IMG/VR virus record: IMGVR_UViG_3300021962_000041
Span: 50,869-114,868 of that record
Origin: a virus
Direction: 5' to 3' (one strand)
Length of the DNA stretch: 64,000 bases
Below are positions 46,388 through 56,890 of the stretch, in pieces. The position numbers and the translations under genes were made by a program. Numbering within the stretch: the stretch's first letter is position 1; the number at the start of each line of letters is the position of its first letter. The notes under the pieces were generated by a model. That model was not told the DNA's origin, searched no databases, and worked only from the letters and a program-made list of their open reading frames with translations.

Positions 46388-47626
46388 TTAACCTGGTGTA
46401 TCCTTGACTAAGGTTAAAGAAGTATATGATCTAGTCGTATCAAAATGATGACAAAGATTCAATATCAAATATTTACCACTTTCAATTTCATCATATTCAG
46501 TATCACCTTTAACATTGATGTTAATTAGTCCACCAACAAGTAAATTTGGATTGCAAGGAATCACAACATTCAACATCTTACTGAAAAGTATATTATATCT
46601 AGAGGTAGAATATGCTTGCCATTCCATTGCACTATTATTTACCTTAGTAGATTTAGATTCTAACATTCCAACATCTAAAATATGAAAATGAGTTCTTGTA
46701 AAATCAGTATCTTCCGAAACAAAATTAGATGCTGTTTTTACGGACTTTCCTAAGGTATTTGGTTTTTTAATTGGTTGATCACCAAGAATCATTTCTCCCT
46801 TATCAGTAATTTTAAAAATTAATTCAGTATATTCTAATAAACGAGGATCAAAGAAAATGTTTCTAGTGCAATAAACACCACTCTTTAAAGCATTCAATGT
46901 TGATTGATTTCTAATTGTTCTAAATGATAAAATTCTGTAATCATGATTTTCATCATTTTTTAGAATAGTATTATACTCATAAGATATTGGATAAGGATCT
47001 TGCTCTATCAATTTACTTATTGACCTAAAATGAATTCCTAATTGATTTTCAAAAAAGAAATAACCTGGAAGACCATCACTACCATAAGGAATTGACTTTT
47101 GGCATAATTCAATAATGATCTTGAATGCATCTTTACTTGATCCAAGAAAATTATAGGTGTTTAATGTTTGATCAATAAAAAGTTTATTTGGTAAAATACC
47201 AAGTTCTTTTGTCAGAATCTTTCTTACAGAGTCTGATATCTTTCCCGTATATTTTTCTGTTAAGGTTGTCTTCAAATTTTCTTCTGCAGTCTCAGACATT
47301 AAAGACATTGCAACCAGTTCACGATTTGGTTCCTTTTCGGCAACAGGAGCACCAATAACTCGTAAAGGTTTGTTATTAAAATCTAGAGTTCCTAGTTTAG
47401 ATTTAATTGAAAATGATACTTTCTCATTACCTTGTATTGGTAACTTAGACATCAATCGATTGGTATCAACTAGTGCAATATTAGCAGTAACGATTGGTGA
47501 AAAAAGACTTTCATAATAATCAAAAGAAACAGTAGATGTTTTTTGATCTATACCAGAAATTGGATAAGATGTTTGATTTTTTATAATTGATATATTTTCG
47601 TAAATTGATGGACTTACTGCTGACAT
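46388..47626 (-). CDS. Baseplate hub protein (gp27-like)
   Basis: FDYYESLFSP...YFFFENQLGIHFRSI...SGKYLILNLCHHF...TSLTLVKD. Confidence 0.75.
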   Translation of the reverse strand: MSAVSPSIYENISIIKNQTSYPISGIDQKTSTVSFDYYESLFSPIVTANIALVDTNRLMSKLPIQGNEKVSFSIKSKLGTLDFNNKPLRVIGAPVAEKEPNRELVAMSLMSETAEENLKTTLTEKYTGKISDSVRKILTKELGILPNKLFIDQTLNTYNFLGSSKDAFKIIIELCQKSIPYGSDGLPGYFFFENQLGIHFRSISKLIEQDPYPISYEYNTILKNDENHDYRILSFRTIRNQSTLNALKSGVYCTRNIFFDPRLLEYTELIFKITDKGEMILGDQPIKKPNTLGKSVKTASNFVSEDTDFTRTHFHILDVGMLESKSTKVNNSAMEWQAYSTSRYNILFSKMLNVVIPCNPNLLVGGLININVKGDTEYDEIESGKYLILNLCHHFDTTRSYTSLTLVKDTPG

Positions 47627-47633
47627 TTTTTAA

Positions 47634-49298
47634 TTATGCGAGACTTGAAAATGCGCTATTAGAATAAGAAGATCCACCACCTCCTGATGATCTTCTTTCC
47701 ATCGCTACTGGAGTGGGAAGTGGAACACCAACTGGTTGTACAAAAGTCTGAGTTACTAAGTATGTAGTTTGATTTTGTAAAGAAGATTGCTCATTACCAC
47801 GCTCTAAGGTATTCAATAAATCACCAACACTTTTGGCAACTGGATCTACTTTAGATTTTGCTGCTTTGATTTTTTTCTTTACTTCTGCAGATGGACCACC
47901 ACTTAAGTGCCCAAGAAGATATTGTTGACCATTCTCATCCATAATAATTGTAACATTTCCATAACCAGCATTTTCACCAGCTGAATATTCAACAAATTTT
48001 AACCCTGGTCCTAAAGTAATTGGTGTTCCGCTGGGGGCTGGAAAATCAAATCCTCTATGTCCTCTGCCTGCACCAAGACCATCACCTTGAGACATCTTAG
48101 AAAGAGGAACTCCCCCAATGAAAACACCATTCAAAATACTTTTTGAAAGTGCTCTACCACCACGATCACCCCATCCATTACCCCATTCAATATGTAAGTG
48201 TGGTCCAGTGGATCTTCCCGTACTTCCAATTCTACCAATAATACTACCAGGATCTACTGAAACCGACGTTGATGGACTGAGCGGATCCTGTTGTCCAGAT
48301 CTTTGTGCTCCTGGATCCATGTTGTCAAGTGGTTTACCTTTATCTTTTTTATCTAATCCAAAAAATTGCAAGAATTTGGAGAAAGACTGATTGACCTGCT
48401 CAAAGGTATCATTGATACCTTCTTTATCTGATAGAAGTTGTGCGTTTATTTTTGTTCCGAAAGAAACAGTTTGAAAATTATCAAAAGAATCTACACTTTC
48501 AATTGCCTTTGATCCCATCGGAGTTGCAGTAACTCCTCTAAATCCACCAGAAATTGTTGCTTTATTTGTGCCAGTATTTTTTGCCTTAACAGTTCCACCT
48601 TTTGCAAGTCCTTGTCGTTTTTGAGATGGTGCTTGTTGTGGCGATGGTGTTGGTGTTGGAGAGGAAGAGGATGCTGATGGTGTTGGAGATGGGGATGGAG
48701 TTGTGGCAGGATACATTGATCCTGGAGCACCAGGAGTACCAAAACCTTTATTAGGAACTGGATCTTGAGTTGGATTTAAAAATTTGTTCCAAATATTATA
48801 AGCAGCTTCTGCAATTGCAATCGTCCTATCAATCTCTTTTGCAACATATCTTCTTTCATTATCAATAGCAGACATTACACCTTGAGGATATTCTGTAACT
48901 AACCATATCATTCCCATAATTCCTTCACCAATTATTTTCAACGTCGTCTTCGTAATCTTAATTAATAAAGCATTATCAGAGAAAAATCTCTTAAGTTTAT
49001 CAATTATCTGTGGAAGATTATTAATAAACAACCCAAGAAGAACTAGACCAAAAAATTCTTTAACTTTGTCGAAAAATCCTAGTGGACCTGCAAGAACTCT
49101 TGACTTAACACTTTCAATTGTTTTTCCAATCCCAGACTCTACTTTTTGTTCTTTTTCTTTTCGCTTTTCCTGATTTTCAAAAGTAGCAGTTAATCTATTT
49201 TCTTCAACTCTAAGTTTACGCAGTTCTTTATTATAACCAACCAATGAATTTCTAAGATTGGTTGCATTAATTTTTAATCTCGTTACTTGTGCTTCCAT
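47634..49298 (-). CDS. Tail / tape-measure-associated protein with circularly permuted M23 peptidase domain
   Basis: GSTGRSTGPHLHIE precedes HRGFD...GYGN...YLLGHL. Confidence 0.75.
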   Translation of the reverse strand: MEAQVTRLKINATNLRNSLVGYNKELRKLRVEENRLTATFENQEKRKEKEQKVESGIGKTIESVKSRVLAGPLGFFDKVKEFFGLVLLGLFINNLPQIIDKLKRFFSDNALLIKITKTTLKIIGEGIMGMIWLVTEYPQGVMSAIDNERRYVAKEIDRTIAIAEAAYNIWNKFLNPTQDPVPNKGFGTPGAPGSMYPATTPSPSPTPSASSSSPTPTPSPQQAPSQKRQGLAKGGTVKAKNTGTNKATISGGFRGVTATPMGSKAIESVDSFDNFQTVSFGTKINAQLLSDKEGINDTFEQVNQSFSKFLQFFGLDKKDKGKPLDNMDPGAQRSGQQDPLSPSTSVSVDPGSIIGRIGSTGRSTGPHLHIEWGNGWGDRGGRALSKSILNGVFIGGVPLSKMSQGDGLGAGRGHRGFDFPAPSGTPITLGPGLKFVEYSAGENAGYGNVTIIMDENGQQYLLGHLSGGPSAEVKKKIKAAKSKVDPVAKSVGDLLNTLERGNEQSSLQNQTTYLVTQTFVQPVGVPLPTPVAMERRSSGGGGSSYSNSAFSSLA

Positions 49299-49301
49299 AT
49301 C

Positions 49302-51140
49302 TTATACAAAAATCCCCAACATTTCTGGTACAATTTGCATATATGGATTTGCCATATTTACACTGGAGACACTTGGTTCTTCGGTTTCGACTCCACCTGC
49401 AGAACTATATTGTGGCACTCCAGACATTGGTAAAGTTTGTGATGGTAAGTTTATTGGTACTATTGATGATGTTGCACTTCTCTTAACTGGTTTTTTAATG
49501 TCAGAATGCAATACAAGTTCTGGAGAAACCATATTTGAACTCATTCTTCTCTCTGCATATCCACCATTTCCAATTTCTTTAGTTTTTTTAACCCTCTCTT
49601 CATTAACAAACTTATCTAATTGACCTTTAAATGTTGTTAGTTGAGATGCAAGAATTTGTAATGCACTCTTCATTGTTGAGTTTGATACTACCAGTCCCCC
49701 AACAGCATCAGAAAAAGTAGTCCACATTCTTCCAGCATTATTATTAATATCTTTCAAAAGTGGTCTGAACATCATTGCTGCTGATGCACGAATAACTTCT
49801 TCACCAGGAGCAAGCATCGCTGGAACACTATCAACACTTCCGGATCCAGTGCCACCAACAGTTCCACCTAATGATCTTTTAATTGGTGGTTTTTGGCTTT
49901 TTGCCTGTTTTACAATATCAATGATATTTTGAGCACTAGATGGTCTTGCAGATCCAGATCGTAATGCTGACAATTCTTCAGCAGAAATTGTTGTTTTATT
50001 TCCTTTTAAATTTGTAAATGTTCTAATACCAGAAGCTGCAGCGGGAGCTGGGACTGGTTTCGGTGCTCTCAATCCAAATTTTGCTAATCCAGAAGAAATT
50101 GTAGCAAGAATTCCACCTCCTATAGCACCAGTTGCAACTAATCCACCCAATAAAGGTAGAAGAACAAATGCTCCAAAATTTGTTACATCATCTGATGTTC
50201 GACCTTGATCCGTTGGTATTGGGTATATCTTTCCATCAGACCCACGATAAAAACGTTGTGGATCAAATTGACGAGTAGGTTGATCACCAGGTTTTGGTTG
50301 ATTGACTGGTGTTGGTCTAGGAATTAAACCAAATAGTGGAGAAAAAACTCTGGTTCTTTTTAAAGTTTCTGCAAGTTTTTCAGCAGCGGCACCGCCAATA
50401 TCTTTTATGCAATTTAAAACTGGACCACATCCCCCGCCAGCAGGTCCGCCTCCACTAGGTCCACCTCCCCCTCCTGGTTTTCCACCACCTGGTGGTTTTG
50501 GTGGTCTCTTAAATAAATCAACTATTCGTTTTAAAGCACTAACAATCTTTAAGAGTTTATATGCACCATAAAGAGCAAGTAACTCTTTCCAATGATTTGC
50601 AACAAATTTGAAGAATTTAGCAAGTTTTTGTTGATTTGCTGGATTTTCTAACCACTTGAACGCATTATTAACCAATAATCCAGTTACAATAATACTAAAG
50701 AAATCTAATATTTTTTGGAATATACTTTTTGCTGGAGTTGTTACAACATCAAAGGTTCTCATAATACCAGAACCAAATTGTCTTACAGACTCAATAGCTT
50801 TTTCTTTTGCTCCTGCCCTTTCTCTTGTTACTCTTATTTTGCTAGCTCGTAATGCCTGTCTCTTTTCAGTGATCCTATTTGCAAAATCAAGAGATAATTG
50901 TTTTTGAATTTCGATTAGAATTCTATTTGTTTCTTGTAAATTTACATCCAGACTCGTTGTTTCTGCCTTTAGACTAGATCCTACAGTACCACGTCTTTCG
51001 CCGCCAATAAAACTAAAAGTAGATCTTTTTAATCTTGGACTAGAAGCAATCTGAGCACCAGTCATTACCGAAGAAGATATGTTTCTTCTACTTAACTTTG
51101 GTAATGATGGTGCTCTGTAAATCTGGTTGTTAAATTCCAC
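49302..51140 (-). CDS. Tape-measure-like / baseplate hub protein
   Basis: Helical N-terminus, GGTVGG..DSVPAMLAPGEEVI motif; follows gp26-gp51. Confidence 0.7.
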   Translation of the reverse strand: MEFNNQIYRAPSLPKLSRRNISSSVMTGAQIASSPRLKRSTFSFIGGERRGTVGSSLKAETTSLDVNLQETNRILIEIQKQLSLDFANRITEKRQALRASKIRVTRERAGAKEKAIESVRQFGSGIMRTFDVVTTPAKSIFQKILDFFSIIVTGLLVNNAFKWLENPANQQKLAKFFKFVANHWKELLALYGAYKLLKIVSALKRIVDLFKRPPKPPGGGKPGGGGGPSGGGPAGGGCGPVLNCIKDIGGAAAEKLAETLKRTRVFSPLFGLIPRPTPVNQPKPGDQPTRQFDPQRFYRGSDGKIYPIPTDQGRTSDDVTNFGAFVLLPLLGGLVATGAIGGGILATISSGLAKFGLRAPKPVPAPAAASGIRTFTNLKGNKTTISAEELSALRSGSARPSSAQNIIDIVKQAKSQKPPIKRSLGGTVGGTGSGSVDSVPAMLAPGEEVIRASAAMMFRPLLKDINNNAGRMWTTFSDAVGGLVVSNSTMKSALQILASQLTTFKGQLDKFVNEERVKKTKEIGNGGYAERRMSSNMVSPELVLHSDIKKPVKRSATSSIVPINLPSQTLPMSGVPQYSSAGGVETEEPSVSSVNMANPYMQIVPEMLGIFV

Positions 51141-51309
51141 TAGATTGCTGTGCCTTTAAGTTTTCTTCTTCAATATAATCTTGAAGCAGACCAATATAAA
51201 CTTCACGCTCCCAAGGCATCATATTTTCAATCTCTGTCAATGAATATTTATGATGCTGCATGAGGGCAAAATTAATTTGGTAGTATGACTCAAGACTAGT
51301 ATGAGCCAT
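51130..51309 (-). CDS. gp51: Baseplate hub assembly chaperone gp51-like
   Basis: Read by eye: MAHTSLESYYQINFALMQHHKYSLTEIENMMPWEREVY. Confidence 0.85.
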   Translation of the reverse strand: MAHTSLESYYQINFALMQHHKYSLTEIENMMPWEREVYIGLLQDYIEEENLKAQQSSGI

Positions 51310-51311
51310 AC

Positions 51312-52034
51312 TTAGATGAAAAAAGCAGCTAGACCCTCCAGGACAACTTCACTTTCAACTTTTGTGTTTGGATTCTTAACCTTAATTGTATGAGCAAGTT
51401 TAGGCATTGTCACAAAGAAGTTTTCAATTTCTTTAAACTGCTTTGTGTTCATTTGTTCCACAAACTCTTCAAGTTCTTCTTTGCTGCAATCCGATGCACT
51501 CCAAGATTCCTCTTGATCATAAACAGTATCAATACAAGAAATAATTAAGGAAAGTGATTTATCAACATCAGTATTCTCTTCAGATACCTCGAAATTATTT
51601 TCAACAAATTGCTCAAGTGATGGATACTTAAGTTTCATTGAAAGGTTATCATCAAGTTTAATAATGTTAGTGTGTGCAGGATCTTTCTGAACTTTAATAG
51701 TATCAATCGCAATTTCTTCCTTCACTTGTGTTGTACCATCATCAGGACAAGTTACATTAACCTCAACAGTTTCACCAACTGACTTGGCACGAACATTAAG
51801 GAAGAGATATTCAATATCAAATGTTGATAGTTCTGACACTTTTACAGTTTTAGTCAGAATACAATCTGATAAGATTTGAACAATTGCGCTTGAAATTTGT
51901 TTCGTATCTTCGGATTCTAGTGCAATTAAAAGAATTTTTTCTTCTCTAACTAGGAAAGGACGATATCTAATTTTTTTCCCAGTAGAAGGCAATTCCAACT
52001 CATATGTTGGAGTATTAATTTTTGGTAAAGGCAT
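51312..52034 (-). CDS. gp26: Baseplate hub subunit gp26
   Basis: MPLPKINTPTYELELPS...YRPFLVREEKILL...DIEYLFLNVRAKSVGE; late promoter CTAAATA at about 52062-52068. Confidence 0.92.
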   Translation of the reverse strand: MPLPKINTPTYELELPSTGKKIRYRPFLVREEKILLIALESEDTKQISSAIVQILSDCILTKTVKVSELSTFDIEYLFLNVRAKSVGETVEVNVTCPDDGTTQVKEEIAIDTIKVQKDPAHTNIIKLDDNLSMKLKYPSLEQFVENNFEVSEENTDVDKSLSLIISCIDTVYDQEESWSASDCSKEELEEFVEQMNTKQFKEIENFFVTMPKLAHTIKVKNPNTKVESEVVLEGLAAFFI

Positions 52035-52078
52035 AATGACCTATAGAACTTCAGTTGTGATTATTTAGACCCAATTAT

Positions 52079-52855
52079 CTACCTAATAAATCCATCAGTA
52101 AGAACTTCATTTCTAGTTTTGGGGCGATTTCCTGATGTTGGCGCCTTTGGAACTTCTGGTTTTTGTGGTGGTGGAGTTGGTGCTTCTGGACTTTGACTTT
52201 GTTCTTGTTTTGGCACAATAAATCTACCAAGAACATATCGATCATAATTCATTGTCACAGTAACTTTCATCAATTCACTAGGTCCATAAGCAACTGGAAT
52301 ACTAGTGACAGATTTTGGAAATGCATTAACTAATTGATATTGTAATCTCGTGCTTCCAGGAACGTTATATCCTCTGTTAAATTTTGTAATGAATAATTGA
52401 CTGGTTTTATAGTTTTCGGGCCAATTGAATCTCCGATATGCATATGGAAGATCTGAAGATGCTGCTATTTCAGAATTTCCACCAACATAATTCATCCAAA
52501 ATTCAAAAAATTGAAGAACCTTATATTCTGTATCAATATAAAAAGTAAAATCAATATCAGTATATAATCTAGTATGGGCAAATTCTTGGGGAACTCCCAT
52601 ATAATTATCTTTCACTTCTGCGGTAGCATATGTTGAAGTTGGTAGAGTTGCATCAGAACAAAGTAGACCTAAAGTTTTTCCAAATTCAGATAAATTAATT
52701 TGAGGACCCCATGATGCAGTTTTTAATTTTGTATAAAAATCTGAATTGAATTGACCAATATGCACCTGATAATAATTAGTCATTGCAATTTTGCCAAAAT
52801 AAGTTTTGGCATTTGCCATAGTCACATTTTCCACTGGTTGCGGAGTATTAGGCAT
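52079..52855 (-). CDS. Baseplate tail-tube initiator (gp54 / gp19-fold)
   Basis: LLCSDATLP...RLYTDIDFTFY...FFEFWMN...AFP...VTMNY. Confidence 0.75.
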   Translation of the reverse strand: MPNTPQPVENVTMANAKTYFGKIAMTNYYQVHIGQFNSDFYTKLKTASWGPQINLSEFGKTLGLLCSDATLPTSTYATAEVKDNYMGVPQEFAHTRLYTDIDFTFYIDTEYKVLQFFEFWMNYVGGNSEIAASSDLPYAYRRFNWPENYKTSQLFITKFNRGYNVPGSTRLQYQLVNAFPKSVTSIPVAYGPSELMKVTVTMNYDRYVLGRFIVPKQEQSQSPEAPTPPPQKPEVPKAPTSGNRPKTRNEVLTDGFIR

Positions 52856-52890
52856 CTAAATATTTTTACTTGATTTATTTAAATATTTAG

Positions 52891-53328
52891 ATGTCGTATA
52901 AAGGAAAATATCAACCATCATATCCACAAAAATACAAAGGAGATCCAACAAATATCATTTACAGGTCATTATGGGAAAGAAAGTTTATGGTCTATTGTGA
53001 CCTCAATGAAAATATTCTAGAGTGGGGATCTGAAGAAATTGCACTTCCTTATCGTTCACCAATTGATAATCGAATTCATAGATATTTCCCAGATTTTTAT
53101 ATTAAAGTAAAAGAATCGACTGGACATATTAAAAAATATTTGATAGAAGTTAAACCCAAAAGACAAACCTTACCACCACCAAAACCAAAGAGACAGACAA
53201 AAGGATATATCTATGAAGCATATGAATATGCAAAAAATCAGGCAAAATGGAGAGCAGCAAAAGAATTTTGTGAAGACAGAAACTGGGATTTTAAAGTTCT
53301 AACCGAGGACGAACTAGGTATCAAGTAA
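52891..53328 (+). CDS. gp4: Head completion nuclease gp4
   Basis: YRSLWERKFM..CD...WGSEE...HRYFPDF...IEVKP...NQAKW; CTAAATA at 52857. Confidence 0.92.
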   Translation: MSYKGKYQPSYPQKYKGDPTNIIYRSLWERKFMVYCDLNENILEWGSEEIALPYRSPIDNRIHRYFPDFYIKVKESTGHIKKYLIEVKPKRQTLPPPKPKRQTKGYIYEAYEYAKNQAKWRAAKEFCEDRNWDFKVLTEDELGIK

Positions 53329-53723
53329 TGCCAAGAAAAACTCTAAAACAAAGACAAAATCCAACAGATGATAAGAATAGTAGAGTTAGATCCGTAATTG
53401 ACAATCTTCAAGGAAATGAAGATCCTGATGATTTAATGCTAGAAATTATGAACGTTCTAACAGAAACTAATAAAGGACCAAGAGTTGGAAAATATTATAC
53501 TTTTGTTTATCTACCAAAAACACCAAATATTACATATGACCAAAATCCTCTTGTTGCGGTAACCGAAGTTTACGGTTGGGGATTTAAAGGTATTAATTTT
53601 CATTGGGGAGAATCTCGTCAATATACTTGGGACGAGATTGCTGGAGGTTTATATGAGATTTATGCGGAAGAAATTCCAGATCTTATAGAGGTTCCTTTTG
53701 GAAAAATCCGTCTAAATAGTTAA
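53328..53723 (+). CDS. gp2: DNA end protector gp2-like
   Basis: GKYYTFVY.PKT...YDQNPLV...GFKGINFHW. Confidence 0.75.
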   Translation: MPRKTLKQRQNPTDDKNSRVRSVIDNLQGNEDPDDLMLEIMNVLTETNKGPRVGKYYTFVYLPKTPNITYDQNPLVAVTEVYGWGFKGINFHWGESRQYTWDEIAGGLYEIYAEEIPDLIEVPFGKIRLNS

Positions 53724-53735
53724 AAAATTAGCCAA

Positions 53736-54677
53736 ATGGCGCAGGTATTAAGGTATCCATACGACTTATATACTCAAGAGACAGATTATCTGCAGATAAC
53801 TTTGCGTAGAAGAATACAGGCAACTAAAAATTTAGAAGAATTTAATTCCAATTCTTTGATAAGACCTAATGGTGCATATAAAGGTAGTCCTGGGGCAGAT
53901 GTTTCTAATGTTGGAAAAAAAGTATCTAGTGGTTTTGTAAGTCAAGTTGGTGACATAATTCTTTTACCAATACCATCAAGTATTGCGGATAGCAATAGCG
54001 TAAATTTTTCAGAAGATAAGTTAGATGCAATAACAGCACAAGTTGCTGGTGCTGCTTATAATATTATGACAACTCAAACACCGGGACAAACTGATATTAC
54101 TGGTTTTTTAAATAAACTTGGTGAAAATACTTTAAAGGGATTAAAAGGTGTATTTGGAAATGCTGATGACCTTAGAGCAATATATCTAACAAAATTAGCG
54201 GCAGAGGCAGCTGGACTTGCTGGTATTGGAAATATTAGTCTAGATCAAATTTTAGCAAGATCTCAAGGAAAAATCTTGAATCCAAATATGGAGTTATTGT
54301 TTAATGGTCCAACAATTAGATCATTTAAATTTTCATTCAAATTTACCCCAAGAAGTAAAAAAGAAGGAGATCAAGTAAAATTGATTATTGGATCATTAAA
54401 AAGACACATGGCACCAACTCCTGCTGGAAATTTCCTTGGAACACCAGGACAATTTGATTTAACTTATAGAAGTGGACCAGATAATCATAAGTTTCTAAAC
54501 AAAATCAAAACTTGTGTGCTTCAGGATATGTCAGTGAATTACACTGGTGAAAATGTTTATGCAACATATGAAGATGGAACACCAGTTTCGATGATTATGG
54601 ACTTGACATTCAAAGAACTAGAACCTATCTATTCATCTGATTATAGCAATGATCCAAACGAAGGAGTAGGATACTAA
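53736..54677 (+). CDS. gp48: Baseplate tail-tube cap gp48
   Basis: LRYP, NPNMELLFNGP..RSFKFSFKFTPR, CVL..VNYT, L.FKELEPI; CTAAATA at 53712. Confidence 0.9.
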   Translation: MAQVLRYPYDLYTQETDYLQITLRRRIQATKNLEEFNSNSLIRPNGAYKGSPGADVSNVGKKVSSGFVSQVGDIILLPIPSSIADSNSVNFSEDKLDAITAQVAGAAYNIMTTQTPGQTDITGFLNKLGENTLKGLKGVFGNADDLRAIYLTKLAAEAAGLAGIGNISLDQILARSQGKILNPNMELLFNGPTIRSFKFSFKFTPRSKKEGDQVKLIIGSLKRHMAPTPAGNFLGTPGQFDLTYRSGPDNHKFLNKIKTCVLQDMSVNYTGENVYATYEDGTPVSMIMDLTFKELEPIYSSDYSNDPNEGVGY

Positions 54678-54679
54678 AA

Positions 54680-55330
54680 ATGGCAAACTATTTTTCTTAT
54701 CTACCAGATTTAGAGTATCAATCATTTTTAAGCAATAAAACTTCTGATAGAGATTATGTTTTAGTCAAAAATCTCTTTAGAAGAGTGAAACTTCGTGATG
54801 ATATATACAATTCTCTAACAGCATTTACAAAATATCAAGTTCCTGATGGATCTCGTCCAGATACAGTTGCAGAAGAACTTTATGGTGATGCTAATTATGA
54901 TTGGGTTGTCTTAATCACTGCAAATATTATACATCTAAGAGACGAATGGCCTCTTTCAAATTCACAACTTTATAATTATGCAGAAAACAAGTACGGAACA
55001 ACTTTGACTGATGTTAAATTTTACGAAACTAAAGAAGTACGAGATTCTTTAAATAGACTTATTTTACCTGCTGGTAAGATTGTATCTTCAAATTTTACTA
55101 TTCCAAATCCATCAAATCCAAATGCTAATTTGAATCCAGTAAATGCTGTTTCAAATTACGAATACGAGACTAGATTAAATGATGCAAAAAGAAACGTTTA
55201 TGTACTGAAACCAATTTATCTGCAGCAGTTCTTACTTGACATGAGAACAGTGATGGATTATCAAGAGTCTTCACAATACGTCAGTGAAAAACTTATTCGT
55301 ACTGAGAACACCAGAATCACTATGCCATAA
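54680..55330 (+). CDS. gp53: Baseplate wedge subunit gp53
   Basis: YFSYLPDLEY, KNLFRR, RPD.VA..LYG....DWVVL..ANI...EWPL, NYEYE..LND.KR. Confidence 0.92.
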   Translation: MANYFSYLPDLEYQSFLSNKTSDRDYVLVKNLFRRVKLRDDIYNSLTAFTKYQVPDGSRPDTVAEELYGDANYDWVVLITANIIHLRDEWPLSNSQLYNYAENKYGTTLTDVKFYETKEVRDSLNRLILPAGKIVSSNFTIPNPSNPNANLNPVNAVSNYEYETRLNDAKRNVYVLKPIYLQQFLLDMRTVMDYQESSQYVSEKLIRTENTRITMP

Positions 55331-55909
55331 GAGTTCTAAACTCTTATCAAAGATCATCACATATCGGTGTTTGCGGGAGCGTTCTTTCCATTCTCCTGCA
55401 GCACCTTTAACTTTGCCTCTAGAGTGTTTAGTTCCGTCTGCATAGTAGAAATCTTTCTTTGGGTCTGAAAGTCCGCAATATTTAAAATTACAAGCGCGAT
55501 AGATTGTACCATGATGGAAATCACTATCAGCGTAAGAGATGATTGCCTTAACTTTTGTATCCTTCCGTAACTGTCTAATCGCTCTTGAAACAAACCAAGA
55601 AGTGATATTATATTCGGTTCCCTGGGTTTCAGGGTGGATGCAAAGTCGTGAAAGTTCAAATAGTCCTTCTTGCTCATTCCGTTCTAGTCCAAATGCTCCT
55701 TGTGCAATTTCAGGAACAGGGAGTCCTGTAAATACACAGACTCCCTGAATACCGCCAATATTCAACGGGCAAAAGTCATTACCCTTATAAAGACCGTAAT
55801 TGTATCCTGATCTAAATCCTTTTGAAAAGTCTTTAAGATAATGAAACCGCAGAAGTAACTCTGCGGCTTCGGATTTACTTACACGATCAATGTAGTAATC
55901 TCTTTTCAA
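55271..55909 (-). CDS. Mom-like GNAT DNA-modification acetyltransferase
   Basis: RFHYL, ELSRLC, SWFVSRAI, IISYADS..HHGTIYRACNF.YCG, KHRY. Confidence 0.75.
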   Translation of the reverse strand: MKRDYYIDRVSKSEAAELLLRFHYLKDFSKGFRSGYNYGLYKGNDFCPLNIGGIQGVCVFTGLPVPEIAQGAFGLERNEQEGLFELSRLCIHPETQGTEYNITSWFVSRAIRQLRKDTKVKAIISYADSDFHHGTIYRACNFKYCGLSDPKKDFYYADGTKHSRGKVKGAAGEWKERSRKHRYVMIFDKSLELLWHSDSGVLSTNKFFTDVL

Positions 55910-56829
55910 TCTTCTGCGAGTTTGGCGAAGTACGACAGAGCATCATCATCCTCATCTTCTTCCACTGCAGCACGGCGAGTGGGTTGCAGATTGTTGAGTT
56001 CGGTGCGAAGGTCTTCAGTCAGTTCACGAGTGGAACCACGGGTGTTATCCTCTTCATCAAACTCTTCAGGATCTTGATAACGAGGAGTGCCTTTGTTACC
56101 AAGCACGTAGTCAAGACGCTTCTTCAGTTCATCATAGGACTTGAACTGATCGGCAGCAACGAGTTCGGCAAGAGAATACTGCTTCTTCCACACTGCTTCC
56201 ATTGCATCGTCATCGTCCAGAAGAGCTTCAGGACGGGCAAACTCGGAGGAGTCATAGTTGCGATAACCAGCAACGTTCTTTGCCTTCAGTTTGAAGTTAG
56301 CACCTTGCCAGAAGTCAAACGGATCAATCGCTTCCTCATCTTCAAACTCAGGTTGCATCGCAGCAGTCAGTTTGTCAAAGATCTTCTTACCATACTTGAA
56401 CAGGAACACCTTACCTTCGTTCTGAGGATTCGCAGGATCCTTCACCACATAGATGTTGGACACATAGGTCAGTTTACGCTTCTGCTTACGTGCCAGTTCC
56501 TTACCAGCATCAGTGCCATTGTTCCAGAGTTCGGAGTTCAGTTCTGACACAGGATCCTTCTGACCCAGGGTGGTGAGGGAGTTCTCGATGTACCAACCAC
56601 CAGGACCTTGGAAGGCGTGACTGTAGAGTTTCACGAAGGGCAGGTCTTCGCCGTTGGGAGCGGGGAGGAAACGGATCACGGCATAACCATTGCCGCTCTT
56701 ATCTACATCCAATTTCCACAGGCGGTCATCACTAGAACCGCTACTAGTATTCATTTTTTCAACTTCTTTGACCAATTTGGCAGTAAGATTGCCCAGTTTG
56801 GATTGCTTTTTAAGGTCGGAAAACGACAT
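55906..56829 (-). CDS. gp32: Single-stranded DNA-binding protein gp32
   Basis: DDRLWK..DKSGNGYAVIRFLP, HAFQGPGGWYIENSLTT, GANFKLK, acidic tail; TTGACA-17-TATACT promoter 56901-56873. Confidence 0.96.
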   Translation of the reverse strand: MSFSDLKKQSKLGNLTAKLVKEVEKMNTSSGSSDDRLWKLDVDKSGNGYAVIRFLPAPNGEDLPFVKLYSHAFQGPGGWYIENSLTTLGQKDPVSELNSELWNNGTDAGKELARKQKRKLTYVSNIYVVKDPANPQNEGKVFLFKYGKKIFDKLTAAMQPEFEDEEAIDPFDFWQGANFKLKAKNVAGYRNYDSSEFARPEALLDDDDAMEAVWKKQYSLAELVAADQFKSYDELKKRLDYVLGNKGTPRYQDPEEFDEEDNTRGSTRELTEDLRTELNNLQPTRRAAVEEDEDDDALSYFAKLAED

Positions 56830-56890
56830 TTGGATTACCTCGGATAGTTTGGATTCGGGGGATTACTCGGATAGTATAGCGAAGATTGAA

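Noticed and set aside
48620-50500. Pro/Ser/Gly low-complexity tracts as DNA repeats
   Set aside because: Explained by flexible protein linkers in the two tail proteins.
55984-56547. 187-aa plus-strand ORF
   Set aside because: Antisense shadow of gp32 arising from biased codon usage.
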